Source: a virus
Lineage: Duplodnaviria; Caudoviricetes
Direction: 5' to 3' (one strand)
Virus record (IMG/VR): IMGVR_UViG_3300032073_000043
Location: 1-52,974 of that record
DNA: 52,974 nucleotides
This document shows, piece after piece, positions 1 to 10,100 of the stretch. Positions within the stretch are counted from its first letter, which is position 1; each line of letters starts with the position of its first letter. The notes under the pieces were generated by a model. It was given only the letters and a program-made list of their open reading frames with translations, had not been told where the DNA came from and ran no database searches. The position numbers and the translations under genes are program-made.

Positions 1-1
1 A

Positions 2-250
2 TCTGATAAGGCAGGGAGATTAAGTGCGGCTGATCCTCATAGTTGGCATTTACCTTGTTATGCAATGCAAAAATCTGCTCATGATAAAAATCTAGAACAA
101 GAGTATGTTTCTTTCTTAAAAAGAAGAGGAGATATTAATTGGCATTTGTTAAGCGACTTAGATACTAAGTTGTTAAAATATGATGGTTGGATGACAGATG
201 AGAAGCTAATTAGAAGCGCTCCTAAGTATTCTAAAATATCAAAAATTTAG
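2..250 (+). CDS. C-terminal part of a plus-strand gene truncated by the window edge; function unknown
   Basis: The frame of ORF 65..250 is open back to position 2 (SDKAGRLSAADPHSWHLPCYAMQKS...). It converges on the minus-strand late region. Confidence 0.6.
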   Translation, partial: SDKAGRLSAADPHSWHLPCYAMQKSAHDKNLEQEYVSFLKRRGDINWHLLSDLDTKLLKYDGWMTDEKLIRSAPKYSKISKI

Positions 251-353
251 CTATAACTTCAGCTACAACTTCAACACATAGTAGCAATATAATAGGTATT
301 ATATATTCCCACCAATCATATTTACCATTGTTATTTAAATCAAAAAACTTCAT
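231..353 (-). CDS. Small membrane protein (40 aa) with EF-hand-like DxNxNG loop
   Basis: The likely start is MKFFDLNNNGKYDWWEY at 353, just after the stop of 355..639. A hydrophobic helix IIPIILLLCVEVVAEVIAKFLIF follows. Confidence 0.6.
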   Translation of the reverse strand: MKFFDLNNNGKYDWWEYIIPIILLLCVEVVAEVIAKFLIF

Positions 354-354
354 A

Positions 355-639
355 TTAACACTTCCATCTACGTCTAGCAGCTTTACCTCTTTCACCTGTC
401 CAACCTTTTGATCTTGCACAAAAAGATTTTCTACGCTTAGCGGCTTTACTACCAGGTTTTACTTTACCTGTTACAGCCGTTTTTAGTTTACTGCCTGGGT
501 TTTTCTTTCTATATTCTTTGACACCTTTAGATGTCATACCCGCACCTTCTTCTTTTGTTCTGAAGTTACGGCCTTTGCCTTTAGTAGTTTTTCTTATTTT
601 ACCTTTCTTTAAAAAGGTTGATTCTGGTAAGTTAAACAT
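355..639 (-). CDS. Small very basic phage protein (DUF6321-like)
   Basis: The motif KNPGSKLKTAVTG...AKRRKSFCARS...RRRWKC resembles a family I recall from marine phages. TAATG stop/start coupling. Confidence 0.65.
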   Translation of the reverse strand: MFNLPESTFLKKGKIRKTTKGKGRNFRTKEEGAGMTSKGVKEYRKKNPGSKLKTAVTGKVKPGSKAAKRRKSFCARSKGWTGERGKAARRRWKC

Positions 640-959
640 TACTTCTTTATCTTAACACAGTTGTTAACCATTTTAACTTTACCACCCTTAGTTTTCTTAC
701 CGCTAGGTGATTTCTTTTTACCTACAGCTTTATAGCCTTTCCAGCAGTTAGCTTTCTTTTTATTAGAAGAGTCTGGAGCTTCATTATCAATCATAAACTT
801 TAAATAGTCAGGATCTTTTTTAGCATCCGCAGCTTCTTTTCTATAAGCTTGATCTATTTCTTTAGCTTTACTAGCAACTTTAGCTATCTTACTAATCATT
901 TTATTAGGTGAACCTAATGCTTGTGGTCCACATCCTTTTCCTTTGTATACACTTTCCAT
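639..959 (-). CDS. Basic phage protein with CWKGY...VNNCV motif, possible internal head protein
   Basis: Lys-rich ORF with a C-terminal CWKGYKAVGKKK...KMVNNCVK motif recalled from marine phage proteins. Confidence 0.6.
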   Translation of the reverse strand: MESVYKGKGCGPQALGSPNKMISKIAKVASKAKEIDQAYRKEAADAKKDPDYLKFMIDNEAPDSSNKKKANCWKGYKAVGKKKSPSGKKTKGGKVKMVNNCVKIKK

Positions 960-965
960 AATTAA

Positions 966-1391
966 TTAATTACCACCTTTCTTTTTTAGAACATCACCAC
1001 TTGGTCTTACTATAATGTCTGGCGTTGGTCTAGGATCAGGCTTATTGTTATTATTGTTGTTGTTATTGTTATTATTATTATTATTATTGTTACTAGAACC
1101 TGAACCACTGCTAGGAGCGTATATAGGTCTGTAGTTGTTATAACTAGGTCGGTAATAACCATTGTACCAATTACCATAATATCTATTAGGATATGATATT
1201 ACGTTATAGTATACATTAGGTTTAATCATACTTATAGGTAATCTCAATGTATCACCTTGTTCAGTAACAGCTAGTACATGTGTTACTTGTATTTTAGGTT
1301 GGTTATTGTAAGTACCACAACCAAATAGTAGTGTTAAAAAAAATCCTAGTCCTACGCATCTAATAAAAATTCTTTTGTTTCTGTTTGTCAT
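966..1391 (-). CDS. Lipoprotein with poly-Asn tract (possible spanin/lysis accessory)
   Basis: Basic N-terminus, hydrophobic stretch and lipobox LFG-C. Tyr/Asn-rich middle, 16 consecutive Asn and a Pro-rich tail. Directly downstream of the endolysin. Confidence 0.65.
   Translation of the reverse strand: MTNRNKRIFIRCVGLGFFLTLLFGCGTYNNQPKIQVTHVLAVTEQGDTLRLPISMIKPNVYYNVISYPNRYYGNWYNGYYRPSYNNYRPIYAPSSGSGSSNNNNNNNNNNNNNNNNKPDPRPTPDIIVRPSGDVLKKKGGN
1044..1091 (-). repeat. (AAY)16 trinucleotide tract encoding poly-Asn
   Basis: 48 nt of att/gtt triplets on the + strand. Confidence 0.9.
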
Positions 1392-1392
1392 T

Positions 1393-1860
1393 TTATATAA
1401 TTTTATAATAAGTTTTTCTTGATCCCTCTTTTCTATAAGCTTTCAAGCATCTATTTCTATTCACTCCTTCGTTTACAAAGCTAACATGTACCCAGTCTGG
1501 GTTTTCATCAGTGCCAAACTCCCATATCATTTGATCGTAATCTAGGTTTTTCTTTATCCACTCATACATATAAGCATTAGTAGAGTTACCATAGCTATCG
1601 TCAATATCTATAGCTTGGCCTTTACAATGCTGTGACGAGTGACTTCCGCCAATAGCTTTGTTAAGTTGAGGTCCACGAAAGAACGAATTAATCTTTATAG
1701 GATGCGATACGTGCTCTCTAAGAGGTTCAAACACTTTTTCTGCAACTAGCTTCATATTTTCTAATTGCTCTTCTGTAGGATCATTTGCTAAACCAAGTCT
1801 ATTAGCTGTGTTACTATAAGTACCTTCTTTATAGGTTACATGTTTACTTATGTTTTTCAT
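1393..1860 (-). CDS. Endolysin, peptidase M15 family
   Basis: Contains INSFFR..LN.AIGG..SSQHCKGQAID and WVHVS, the Zn-binding H/D/H signature of M15 peptidases. Confidence 0.9.
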   Translation of the reverse strand: MKNISKHVTYKEGTYSNTANRLGLANDPTEEQLENMKLVAEKVFEPLREHVSHPIKINSFFRGPQLNKAIGGSHSSQHCKGQAIDIDDSYGNSTNAYMYEWIKKNLDYDQMIWEFGTDENPDWVHVSFVNEGVNRNRCLKAYRKEGSRKTYYKII

Positions 1861-2270
1861 TAAAATTTACTTGCTGTGTTAATCTCGTTTATTGTTTCTT
1901 GTATTTCATTTAGATCTGTTGGTAGCAACAAGTCTAGTCCAGCTTTAAACGTTGCTTGTTTTTCACCACCCTTAAATATTAGCAAAGTTGGCGCCATACG
2001 TATTCTATATTCTTTTTTAGCTTTAGCGGCTTTAGATATATCTACTCTATAATATAAAGCATCTTTTACTTGTTCCCATTCATTAAAGCAATTTTCTTTA
2101 TTAAAATCTGCCCAAAACTCTATAAGAATAGTTTGATCATCATCATCTCCAAAGGCAGAATTACCAGAAACTACATCTTCAAAATTATCATCAGTTAACC
2201 AGTATTTATCAGGAACATCTGATTGTGAAAAAGATAAAAATGGTATTAAAATTAAAATTAAATATTTCAT
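1860..2270 (-). CDS. Secreted thioredoxin-fold protein lacking CxxC
   Basis: Signal peptide MKYLILILIPFLSFSQ. Thioredoxin-like segments LTDDNFEDVV, ILIEFWADFN, YRVD and APTLLIFKGG, but no active-site cysteines. Confidence 0.75.
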   Translation of the reverse strand: MKYLILILIPFLSFSQSDVPDKYWLTDDNFEDVVSGNSAFGDDDDQTILIEFWADFNKENCFNEWEQVKDALYYRVDISKAAKAKKEYRIRMAPTLLIFKGGEKQATFKAGLDLLLPTDLNEIQETINEINTASKF

Positions 2271-2590
2271 TATCTATTTTTTTGTATTTCGTATATTCTT
2301 TCGTCTAGCTTATCTAGTTTTTCTAATATCATTTCTACGTCATCTTGAGTGTCCATGATAGTGTTACGTATTAACTCGTCTTTCAACTCCCACTCTGTTT
2401 TAGATATAGTAGGCTCAGGCATTTCCATAGCTAAAGCTATATCTGCCTTTAAGCTAAACCAAACACCAGCTAGTGATACTATACCAAACACTAACGCTCC
2501 TATTGTTTTTATTGATAAACCAAAATCTGGTTTACCATCACCATCGATGTCTAAACCTATTTTATAATTTTCATCTAAATTCTTTGCCAT
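2270..2590 (-). CDS. Single-TM plus coiled-coil membrane protein
   Basis: TM segment LSIKTIGALVFGIVSLAGVWFSL and a C-terminal heptad region. Paralogous to 2590..2895. Confidence 0.7.
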   Translation of the reverse strand: MAKNLDENYKIGLDIDGDGKPDFGLSIKTIGALVFGIVSLAGVWFSLKADIALAMEMPEPTISKTEWELKDELIRNTIMDTQDDVEMILEKLDKLDERIYEIQKNR

Positions 2591-2895
2591 TACTTTTTTT
2601 GTTTTAGTTCTTCAATTGTTGCTATAAGTTTTTCTACATCTTTCTGCAGGTATTCAATTCTTAAATCTTGCTTAGCATCATCTGGCAAAGCACCCATTTC
2701 ACCTCTGGGCCATTTTATTCTAAACTCATCATTTAAGGTTTGGTTATATTCTAATCTAACAAGCTGACTATCTATAGTGCTTATCTTTGCTGTTAGATCA
2801 AACCATATACCAGCTACAGATACAATACCTACGATTATACCTATTAATGTTTTTATGTCAAGTTTTACTTGTGACTTTTCTGATAACTCTTCCAT
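2590..2895 (-). CDS. Single-TM plus coiled-coil membrane protein
   Basis: TM segment LDIKTLIGIIVGIVSVAGIWFDL and a C-terminal heptad region. Paralogous to 2270..2590. Confidence 0.7.
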   Translation of the reverse strand: MEELSEKSQVKLDIKTLIGIIVGIVSVAGIWFDLTAKISTIDSQLVRLEYNQTLNDEFRIKWPRGEMGALPDDAKQDLRIEYLQKDVEKLIATIEELKQKK

Positions 2896-4100
2896 TATTT
2901 AAATGTAAAATTAAGTCCAACGCTACTGTTATATATTTCACTATCCCAAAACTTAGTATATTCACCTTCTATGAATACACCTATTGATTTACTAACTTTC
3001 CAACCAAACATTAAACCAGCTTGATAATCGTCCCATTGCTCTCCCGCAAGTTGATTGTTGTGACCACCTTTACCCCAACTATTACGATGTAAATAACTAA
3101 AATCTACATTACCTTTAACATACTTATGATAAGGTAATATGTAGTTAGCGTAAGCATGTAACCAAAAATTAGATTTATAGTGGTAAAAATCAATTCCGAC
3201 AATAGGGGCAATTTCTGCAAATGGCTCTAATTCGTCCCAAGCTTCATTGTTAAATCTGTTCATTAAATCACCAAATACTTCGTCTCTAAACTGTAAATCC
3301 GTATAAGCAACTATACTACCGTCACCATCAACCCAATACCAATCAGAAGTTGAGTTACCATTTTCGTCGTTAGACGAATAGTATATATCGTCATAACCAT
3401 ATAAAAAACCTAGCGAATACCAAGGGTTAGCTGGGTATTCAAATTCTTGACCCGTATTAGGATCCGTATACATTTCAGTTTCGTTTAACCATATTTCAAT
3501 TGGATTATATCCGTAAGGTTGTTGATGCGTTCTATATATTGCACCTGCGGATATACTTAATTTTTTACCAATAGGTAATCTAGCTCTTATCTCACCAGAA
3601 GTATACTCAAAACCTACGTTACCTGATTCTCTTGATTCAAATTTAGCGATGTGATATTTACCAGTATGTCTTACAAATAATCTTTTATTAGTAAACTCAT
3701 CACCGTTTTGTCTTTCTTTTTCCCAATGTAACAAATACTCTAAACCTTTAACAGCTGATGTTGGTGCTGATAAAGCTGTTTGTTTTTCAATGTCTGCATC
3801 ACCTGTCCAAAAATTACCTGGTTTATTTTCGTAACCAAATCTAGCTAATTTACGTATACCAAAACCAAACCTATAATCATAAGGGTGGTACGTTGTTTCG
3901 TCTATAACATCTGGTATACCATAAAAATCCTGAGGATCTGTTCTAACAAAATATTCTTTAACCTCCATTTGAGGATTATTTACGTCTCCAGCCACATACA
4001 CCGTACCGTATTTTAAAAAGTCTTTATAAACTTCTTTTAAAAACTGTCCGCTTATGTTGCTATACACAAGTAATGCTATTATAGTTATTAGTTTTCTCAT
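2895..4100 (-). CDS. Putative outer-membrane beta-barrel protein
   Basis: Sec signal peptide, aromatic-rich amphipathic strands and a C-terminal beta-signal-like SSVGLNFTFK. Confidence 0.65.
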   Translation of the reverse strand: MRKLITIIALLVYSNISGQFLKEVYKDFLKYGTVYVAGDVNNPQMEVKEYFVRTDPQDFYGIPDVIDETTYHPYDYRFGFGIRKLARFGYENKPGNFWTGDADIEKQTALSAPTSAVKGLEYLLHWEKERQNGDEFTNKRLFVRHTGKYHIAKFESRESGNVGFEYTSGEIRARLPIGKKLSISAGAIYRTHQQPYGYNPIEIWLNETEMYTDPNTGQEFEYPANPWYSLGFLYGYDDIYYSSNDENGNSTSDWYWVDGDGSIVAYTDLQFRDEVFGDLMNRFNNEAWDELEPFAEIAPIVGIDFYHYKSNFWLHAYANYILPYHKYVKGNVDFSYLHRNSWGKGGHNNQLAGEQWDDYQAGLMFGWKVSKSIGVFIEGEYTKFWDSEIYNSSVGLNFTFK

Positions 4101-4102
4101 AG

Positions 4103-7100
4103 TTATTTTCTGTATTTAGTTTTTCGTTTACTAGATGATTTTTTATTTTTAGCTTTAGCTTTTTCAACAGCGGTGTTTTTAACACCAACATCCCAAGTGT
4201 TCCAACCTAAAAACGTAGCAACTCTTTGCCAAGCTTGATTTTGTGAATCAGCAGCAGCTCTTAAGTTGTTTAATTTCATTATAGCTCTATCTAAAGGTAC
4301 GTTTGTAGTAGCAGATACTATATTGGCTATAGCTAAATAAGCTGGGTTATCAATACCCATACCCATTTGAGGTATAATCTTTTTATTAAACTTATATGTT
4401 TGTGTAGCTGAGTAAATTTTTCTAATCTTACTACCAATCGGAGGAGACAAGTTGACAGCTTCAATCATTGTATAAGCGTGGTCTGCTCTATAACCTTTAT
4501 CATTTTGAGCATTAAATTGAAGTATCATGTTTTTTATAGTAGATATACCAGCGCCGTATACACCACCACCTCTTAGTAAACTATCAAGAGAAGTGTTTAA
4601 CGCTCTTAGCTTTTTGTTCTCTAGTTTTTGTGTTAGCTCTTCATCTTCTTCATCATCAAAAGCTAATGCAAATAAACCAGATTGTAAAGTGGAAAATATT
4701 ATATTTTGTAATACACCATAATATAGTATTTTGGATATATTAGTCTTTACATCTCCACGACCATTTTTAATGTCTAGAACAGCTTTTTTAATTAACCTAG
4801 CATACTGCATTGGTGTGTTTTGAAACGCAAGTACTAGTCTACCAAGCGGTCCAGCTTGTTGTTGTGATATTAAAGCAGGATCAGCAGATTGTTGTGATTC
4901 TTCAGATGTTTTAGCAAAATCAGCAAAAGCTTTATCTTTAGCTTGTGCTTCAGTCATACCTTGACTCTTATATGTATTAAATCTATTTCTATAAAAACTA
5001 GCACCACCCATTGATATTGCGAAGCTATCCGCCATCTGTGTAGGTAAGAAACCTTTTTTCAATAAATAAGATATAGCTGCAGAAGCTTTATCTGTTTTAC
5101 CAGCGACAGCTTGAGCTATCTCAGCCTCGTTAACATCACTCTGTAATCCAGCTCTTCTTTGTTTTAGCATGTCTGAATTAAATATCATACTAAAATCAGA
5201 CCAAAACTGTGGTTGATTAGCAAAAGCCATACCAGCTTTTAATGGATTATTATCAGACCAATTTATAAAGTTTATCATAGATATTGTCTGAAGTATAGCT
5301 GATCTACTGTTAAAGAACATTATAGCACCAACAGAATTATTAACCCAATTCATCCAACTATTAACTAGTTTGTTTTTACCGGTGGTTCTGTTCGTACCAT
5401 TTTCCATTCTCCATAATATATCTTCTAAAGCACTTCTATAATCTTCACCATATATAGCTTCAATTTTATTCATGTTCTTTTCAGAAAATATTTCATTTTT
5501 TCTTTCTATCCAATTAGCTAAATACTTTTTTCTATTTGTTTTTTGAGCTATACTAAAGTAATCATAAGCTATGGTACCACTAACCCAGTCTTGACCAGGT
5601 TTTATATAACCTTCTTCTAGTTTAGTTGTAGCGCCAACAAGATCAGCAAAACCTCTCATGTTGTGATTGTTTCTTACTATATCAGATAACTTCTCTATAT
5701 CAACTTTAGACATACCTGGTATTTCAAAACCAGCTTTATTCCATAAATAAACTCTTATGGCTTGTTCGTTTGAATATTGTTTATAGCCTACATCTTTTAA
5801 TAATGATCTGAAAGCTTTTGGAAATCTTTTCTTTAAAGCATAAAAGTCATTACCTAAAGCTTGCTTAGCCGCGTTTAATGATCTTACACCTGCCCAGTAT
5901 GGATCTATTAAAGCTTGTGTAAAGAATTTAAAAGATTTTTCTCCAGCTTTACCTTCAGGTAGCATATTGTACATTAGACCTACAAAGTCTTCAGCTGAAG
6001 GTGGCATCCAGAATTTATACTTACCTTTACCTAATCCAGCTGCTTTACCAGCTGCTCTACTATATTCTTCATTTTTATTAATACCAGATTTTCTTTCTAA
6101 TATAGTGTTAAAGTTTTCATCTAGTGTTTTACTAAATTTAACTTGAGCTAGCTTAACATCATTTTTAACATTAGCAGCTTCTAAAACTTCTTTTACAGCT
6201 TGTACGTTTTTTATTGCATCATCAGCAAATAATATGTTATTGTAACCACTGTTTATTTTATTTACAACCCAGTTGGCTTTAGCGGATGCTTTACCATCTT
6301 CTAAACCAGTTATATTTTCTATAGGTATATTTAATCCCATACCTTTTAAAAACGCATGTATTGCGTAAGCGGCTTCTTGTGGTCTTGCTGTTAGTACATA
6401 TATATCTTTATTACCAAACTTACTGTTTATTTGTTGAGCTAAGTCAAAGAAAGGTCCTTTCTTACCATCAATAACTTTATTAAACTCACTAAAATCAAAT
6501 GCAGCTCCAGCAGCTTCTAAGTCAGCAGATTCAACAGCAAACTCAGTGGCAGTGATTTTTCTCTTTTTACCGTTAGGCATCGTAACACCCACCTTACTAT
6601 TTGACTGAGCTAACGTGTCATCAAAATCAAATATGCTCATACCTTTTTCAACCTTAGAGAATTTAGCTATAACATTATCTTTAGCCATCATTAAAGCTCT
6701 CTCTTGTGGTGTAGCTATTTTAGAAGCTTGAGCATCTGTTAAAACCCAACCTTGACCAAGAACCTCTGGCTTTTTAGGATTTAATGATTTTATAGCAAAA
6801 ATATTTTTATAACCCCAAGTTGCTGGATTATAATATCTCTTATCTATAGGATCTTTAACTATATCAGCTATAGTACCTTGTCTGAACTGTATGTTTATAT
6901 TATCGTCCATAACCTTAGGTATAATAGCTACTTTGTATTTTGCTTTTAACTGATCTGGTGTAAGCTTACTTTTACCATCGTAAAACAATACTAATCTAGT
7001 TAATGCAAATTGAGTTGCCAGCATGTGTTCGTATGTTCTAGGACCCTTGTGTTTTCCCTCAAAGAAAAACTCTACAGGCGCAGCGGACTTAAATAATCCT

Positions 7101-10100
7101 TGCATATCTTGTTTCATAGTTGTCGCTAGCATTGCTTTAACTACTGGATCTATTTTTTTTGATTTAACTATATACTTAATGTAAGAATTTGCTTCATTCC
7201 AAGCTGGATCAGTGTATTCAAATTGTTTTTTGTAATTATCTTGAAACCTTTGTTTTGCTGTTTTTCTTTTACCATCAAGCGTAGATGTAGATGGAGCTGT
7301 TAAGGTTTGTATTTCTTTACCATCAAAAAAGTATTTAGTAACTACAGAATTAACTTCACCATCTTTTTTATATGAAATATTTTCAGCGTAAGTTATACCG
7401 TATTTTTCTAAAGGCTTAACAACAGTTTCGTTAAAATCTTGAGATCCATAAAAGAACTGATAGTATCTAGCCGCTCTTTGTTTATTTACACCAGCTGATG
7501 TATTATGTTTTCTATGTAAACCAAGGATTTTTATAGCTGCTTTAACTTCTGCTTCGCTCATATCAGGCTTAAACTTACTGTGTAAGTAGTCAACTGTTGC
7601 TGTTCTACCTTTAGTAACTGTTGCTGAACCTGGATCATAATAGGTTTGCATCTTACCGGTTTCACCTGTAAACAGCTTTAGCAAGCTATTCGAAAATTCT
7701 GCGTCAGTAATTTTTAACTGCTTATCAGCCTTTAAAAATTCATCTACATTTATGTTTACACCTTTGTCTTCTCCAATAACTTTTTCTATAAATCTTTTTA
7801 TAGGGTTATATATATCGTTTGTTAATCTCTGTATTTCTGCTTTTGTTTCGTCAGGTAACAAAGATGCGATAGTATTTTTTACATTAGCTTTAGTTACGTC
7901 AAGATTATCTTTATTTAACTTCTCAACAATTTTAGTACCATCAACCTTACTAAACTTTAAATCTGGGTCTCTACCTATTTGTTTACCTATAATAGATCTT
8001 AGTGCTTGATTTTTAAAGTTACCTTTATTAACTAGTACTTGCTCAGCTTTACTCATTATTTCTGGTTCAGCTAAAACTTCCATAGTAGCATCGTGAGCAA
8101 ACTCTATAGCTAGTACTTGAGCTAAACTTTCTTTTCTACCACGTTTTAAAAAATATTGTATTAATTCTTCTTTAGTTTTTGGTACTTTTTCAAATTTAGC
8201 ATTACCAGCTGTTTTGCTTTTAACTTTTTTATCTAATGATGATTGTTTTGAGCCTTGTCTATCAATAACTTTAACAACGAGATCTTTGTATCTATTGTTT
8301 ATTAAGTTTTGATCCATCATTTCAAAAGCTTCTTCTATAAATTGATCTAAAAAGTTAGTATAATCTACAGTACTTCTACCCATAACTTCATACATAGTTT
8401 CTTGTAAGTCTAAACCTAATGCTCTACTTATTTCTTTTTGCCATCTTAAATCTGTTATATCTACAGCTTCAGTTATTTTATCACCTTTCTTGTATTGACC
8501 AGTAGCTATATCTTTTTTCAATGCTGATCTTGTAACCATCATTTTTCTAAGAATATTTGTTTTAATAGCTTTTTTAATTCTATTGTGAACTTTACCATCT
8601 CTTTCAAAGCCCATCTTTCTTCTTAATGTTTCTTTGACTTTTACAGGAGCTTGTTTAGCTTTTCTTTCTTCTGCTAGTTTTAAATCTAGTATTTCATCAG
8701 GAGTTAACTCTGTGGTGTCTTCTATTTGAGTAGCAAAAGAATCACCCTCAGCGTTTTTCTTAGCTTGATCGATACTTTTAGTCTGTTTATCTTTTTTAGC
8801 TTCTATAGCTAAAGCTTTGTTAGCTTCTCTTTTAGCGTATACTATGTTACTACCAAACCATTTATATAAACTAGGTGTTTTAGATGGATCATAGTTAACT
8901 AATCTATTTGCTAATTCTTCTCTTGCTAAATCTTTTTGTTGCTTATTTAGACCAGATCCAAATAGCTTATCAAAGTCACCATCTATTATAGCTTCATACA
9001 CTTGTCCAAACCCACCGTTAGCACTTTGAAACTCAGCTTTTGTTTTAGCACCTTTAGTTAAAGCATCTACTATAGGACCAGGATCAGCATCTTGATCTAA
9101 GTTTACTTTACTAAATTTTCTCTTACCTGTCGTTGCTAGTTTTTCACTAGTGAACTTTTTAAATCTTTTATCTGCTTTTTTATTAGCGAAAGCTTTGTTG
9201 TGAGCTATCATAAAGTTTGTAACGTCATCTGCTGTTTCAAAGTTAAGCTCTGCTTTAGGTATACCTAATGCTTCTGATATAAGATCTTTAACATTGTCTA
9301 TAAAAGATTCTATTCTACCTTTGCCTTGTATTTTTCTAGCTATACTTTTATCCTTTGACATTAGATCTGCTAGCTGAGCCAAGTACTCATCTGAGTTTAC
9401 ACCAGTAACTTCTTCATTAGTGTATTTACGTTTTTTAAACTGGTCTAAAACTTGAGCGTGAATATCAGCGTTATTCTTAGACATGTTTTGTTTAAACTTT
9501 TCTATAGCTTTTTGTGCTACAGCGCTAGTTGCTTTGTTATTTAATCTAGCGTTTAAAGCTTGATGAATAAACTCGTGAGCAGCAACGTTTAACATACCAT
9601 TATTTAATGATACGTCTTTGTTTAATACAGCTTTACCATCTTCAGTTATAAAACCAGCACCATTAGATGCTTCATCTCCATATTTATTTTTAATTTCTTC
9701 TTGTGATAAAATTTCTGTTTTACCACCCATGCCTTCAGCTATGTCAGCACCTAACACTTGTTTAACTTGAGCTTGCTCTGTGGCTTTTTTATTTTCTTCT
9801 AATTGTTTGTTTCTTTCAAAATAACTATTAGTTATGTCTTTTATCTCAGCTTTCTTGTTGCTTATCTGATTTTTTTGAGATTGTGTTACTGAGCCTTTTG
9901 ATTCTAAACCTTGTAATTCTTTTTCTAATTCAAAAAGTTTTGTTCTATCACCTTCATCAGTAACTCTAGTATCTAGGTTATTTTTTATAACACCATCTTT
10001 TCTTCTAGCTTCTAAGCCTTCTAATATGGAACTGTTGTTTTTAACATCAAAAGTTATTTGAGCTAATTGTTCGTCTGTCATAGCACCTGTTAGATTCATG

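Noticed and set aside
8960-8990. DGDFDKLF in the giant protein as a crAss-type virion RNA polymerase DxDxD motif
   Set aside because: It lies in a short, apparently helical context just after a KFSK boundary, and I could not see flanking double-psi barrel motifs. A profile search would settle it.
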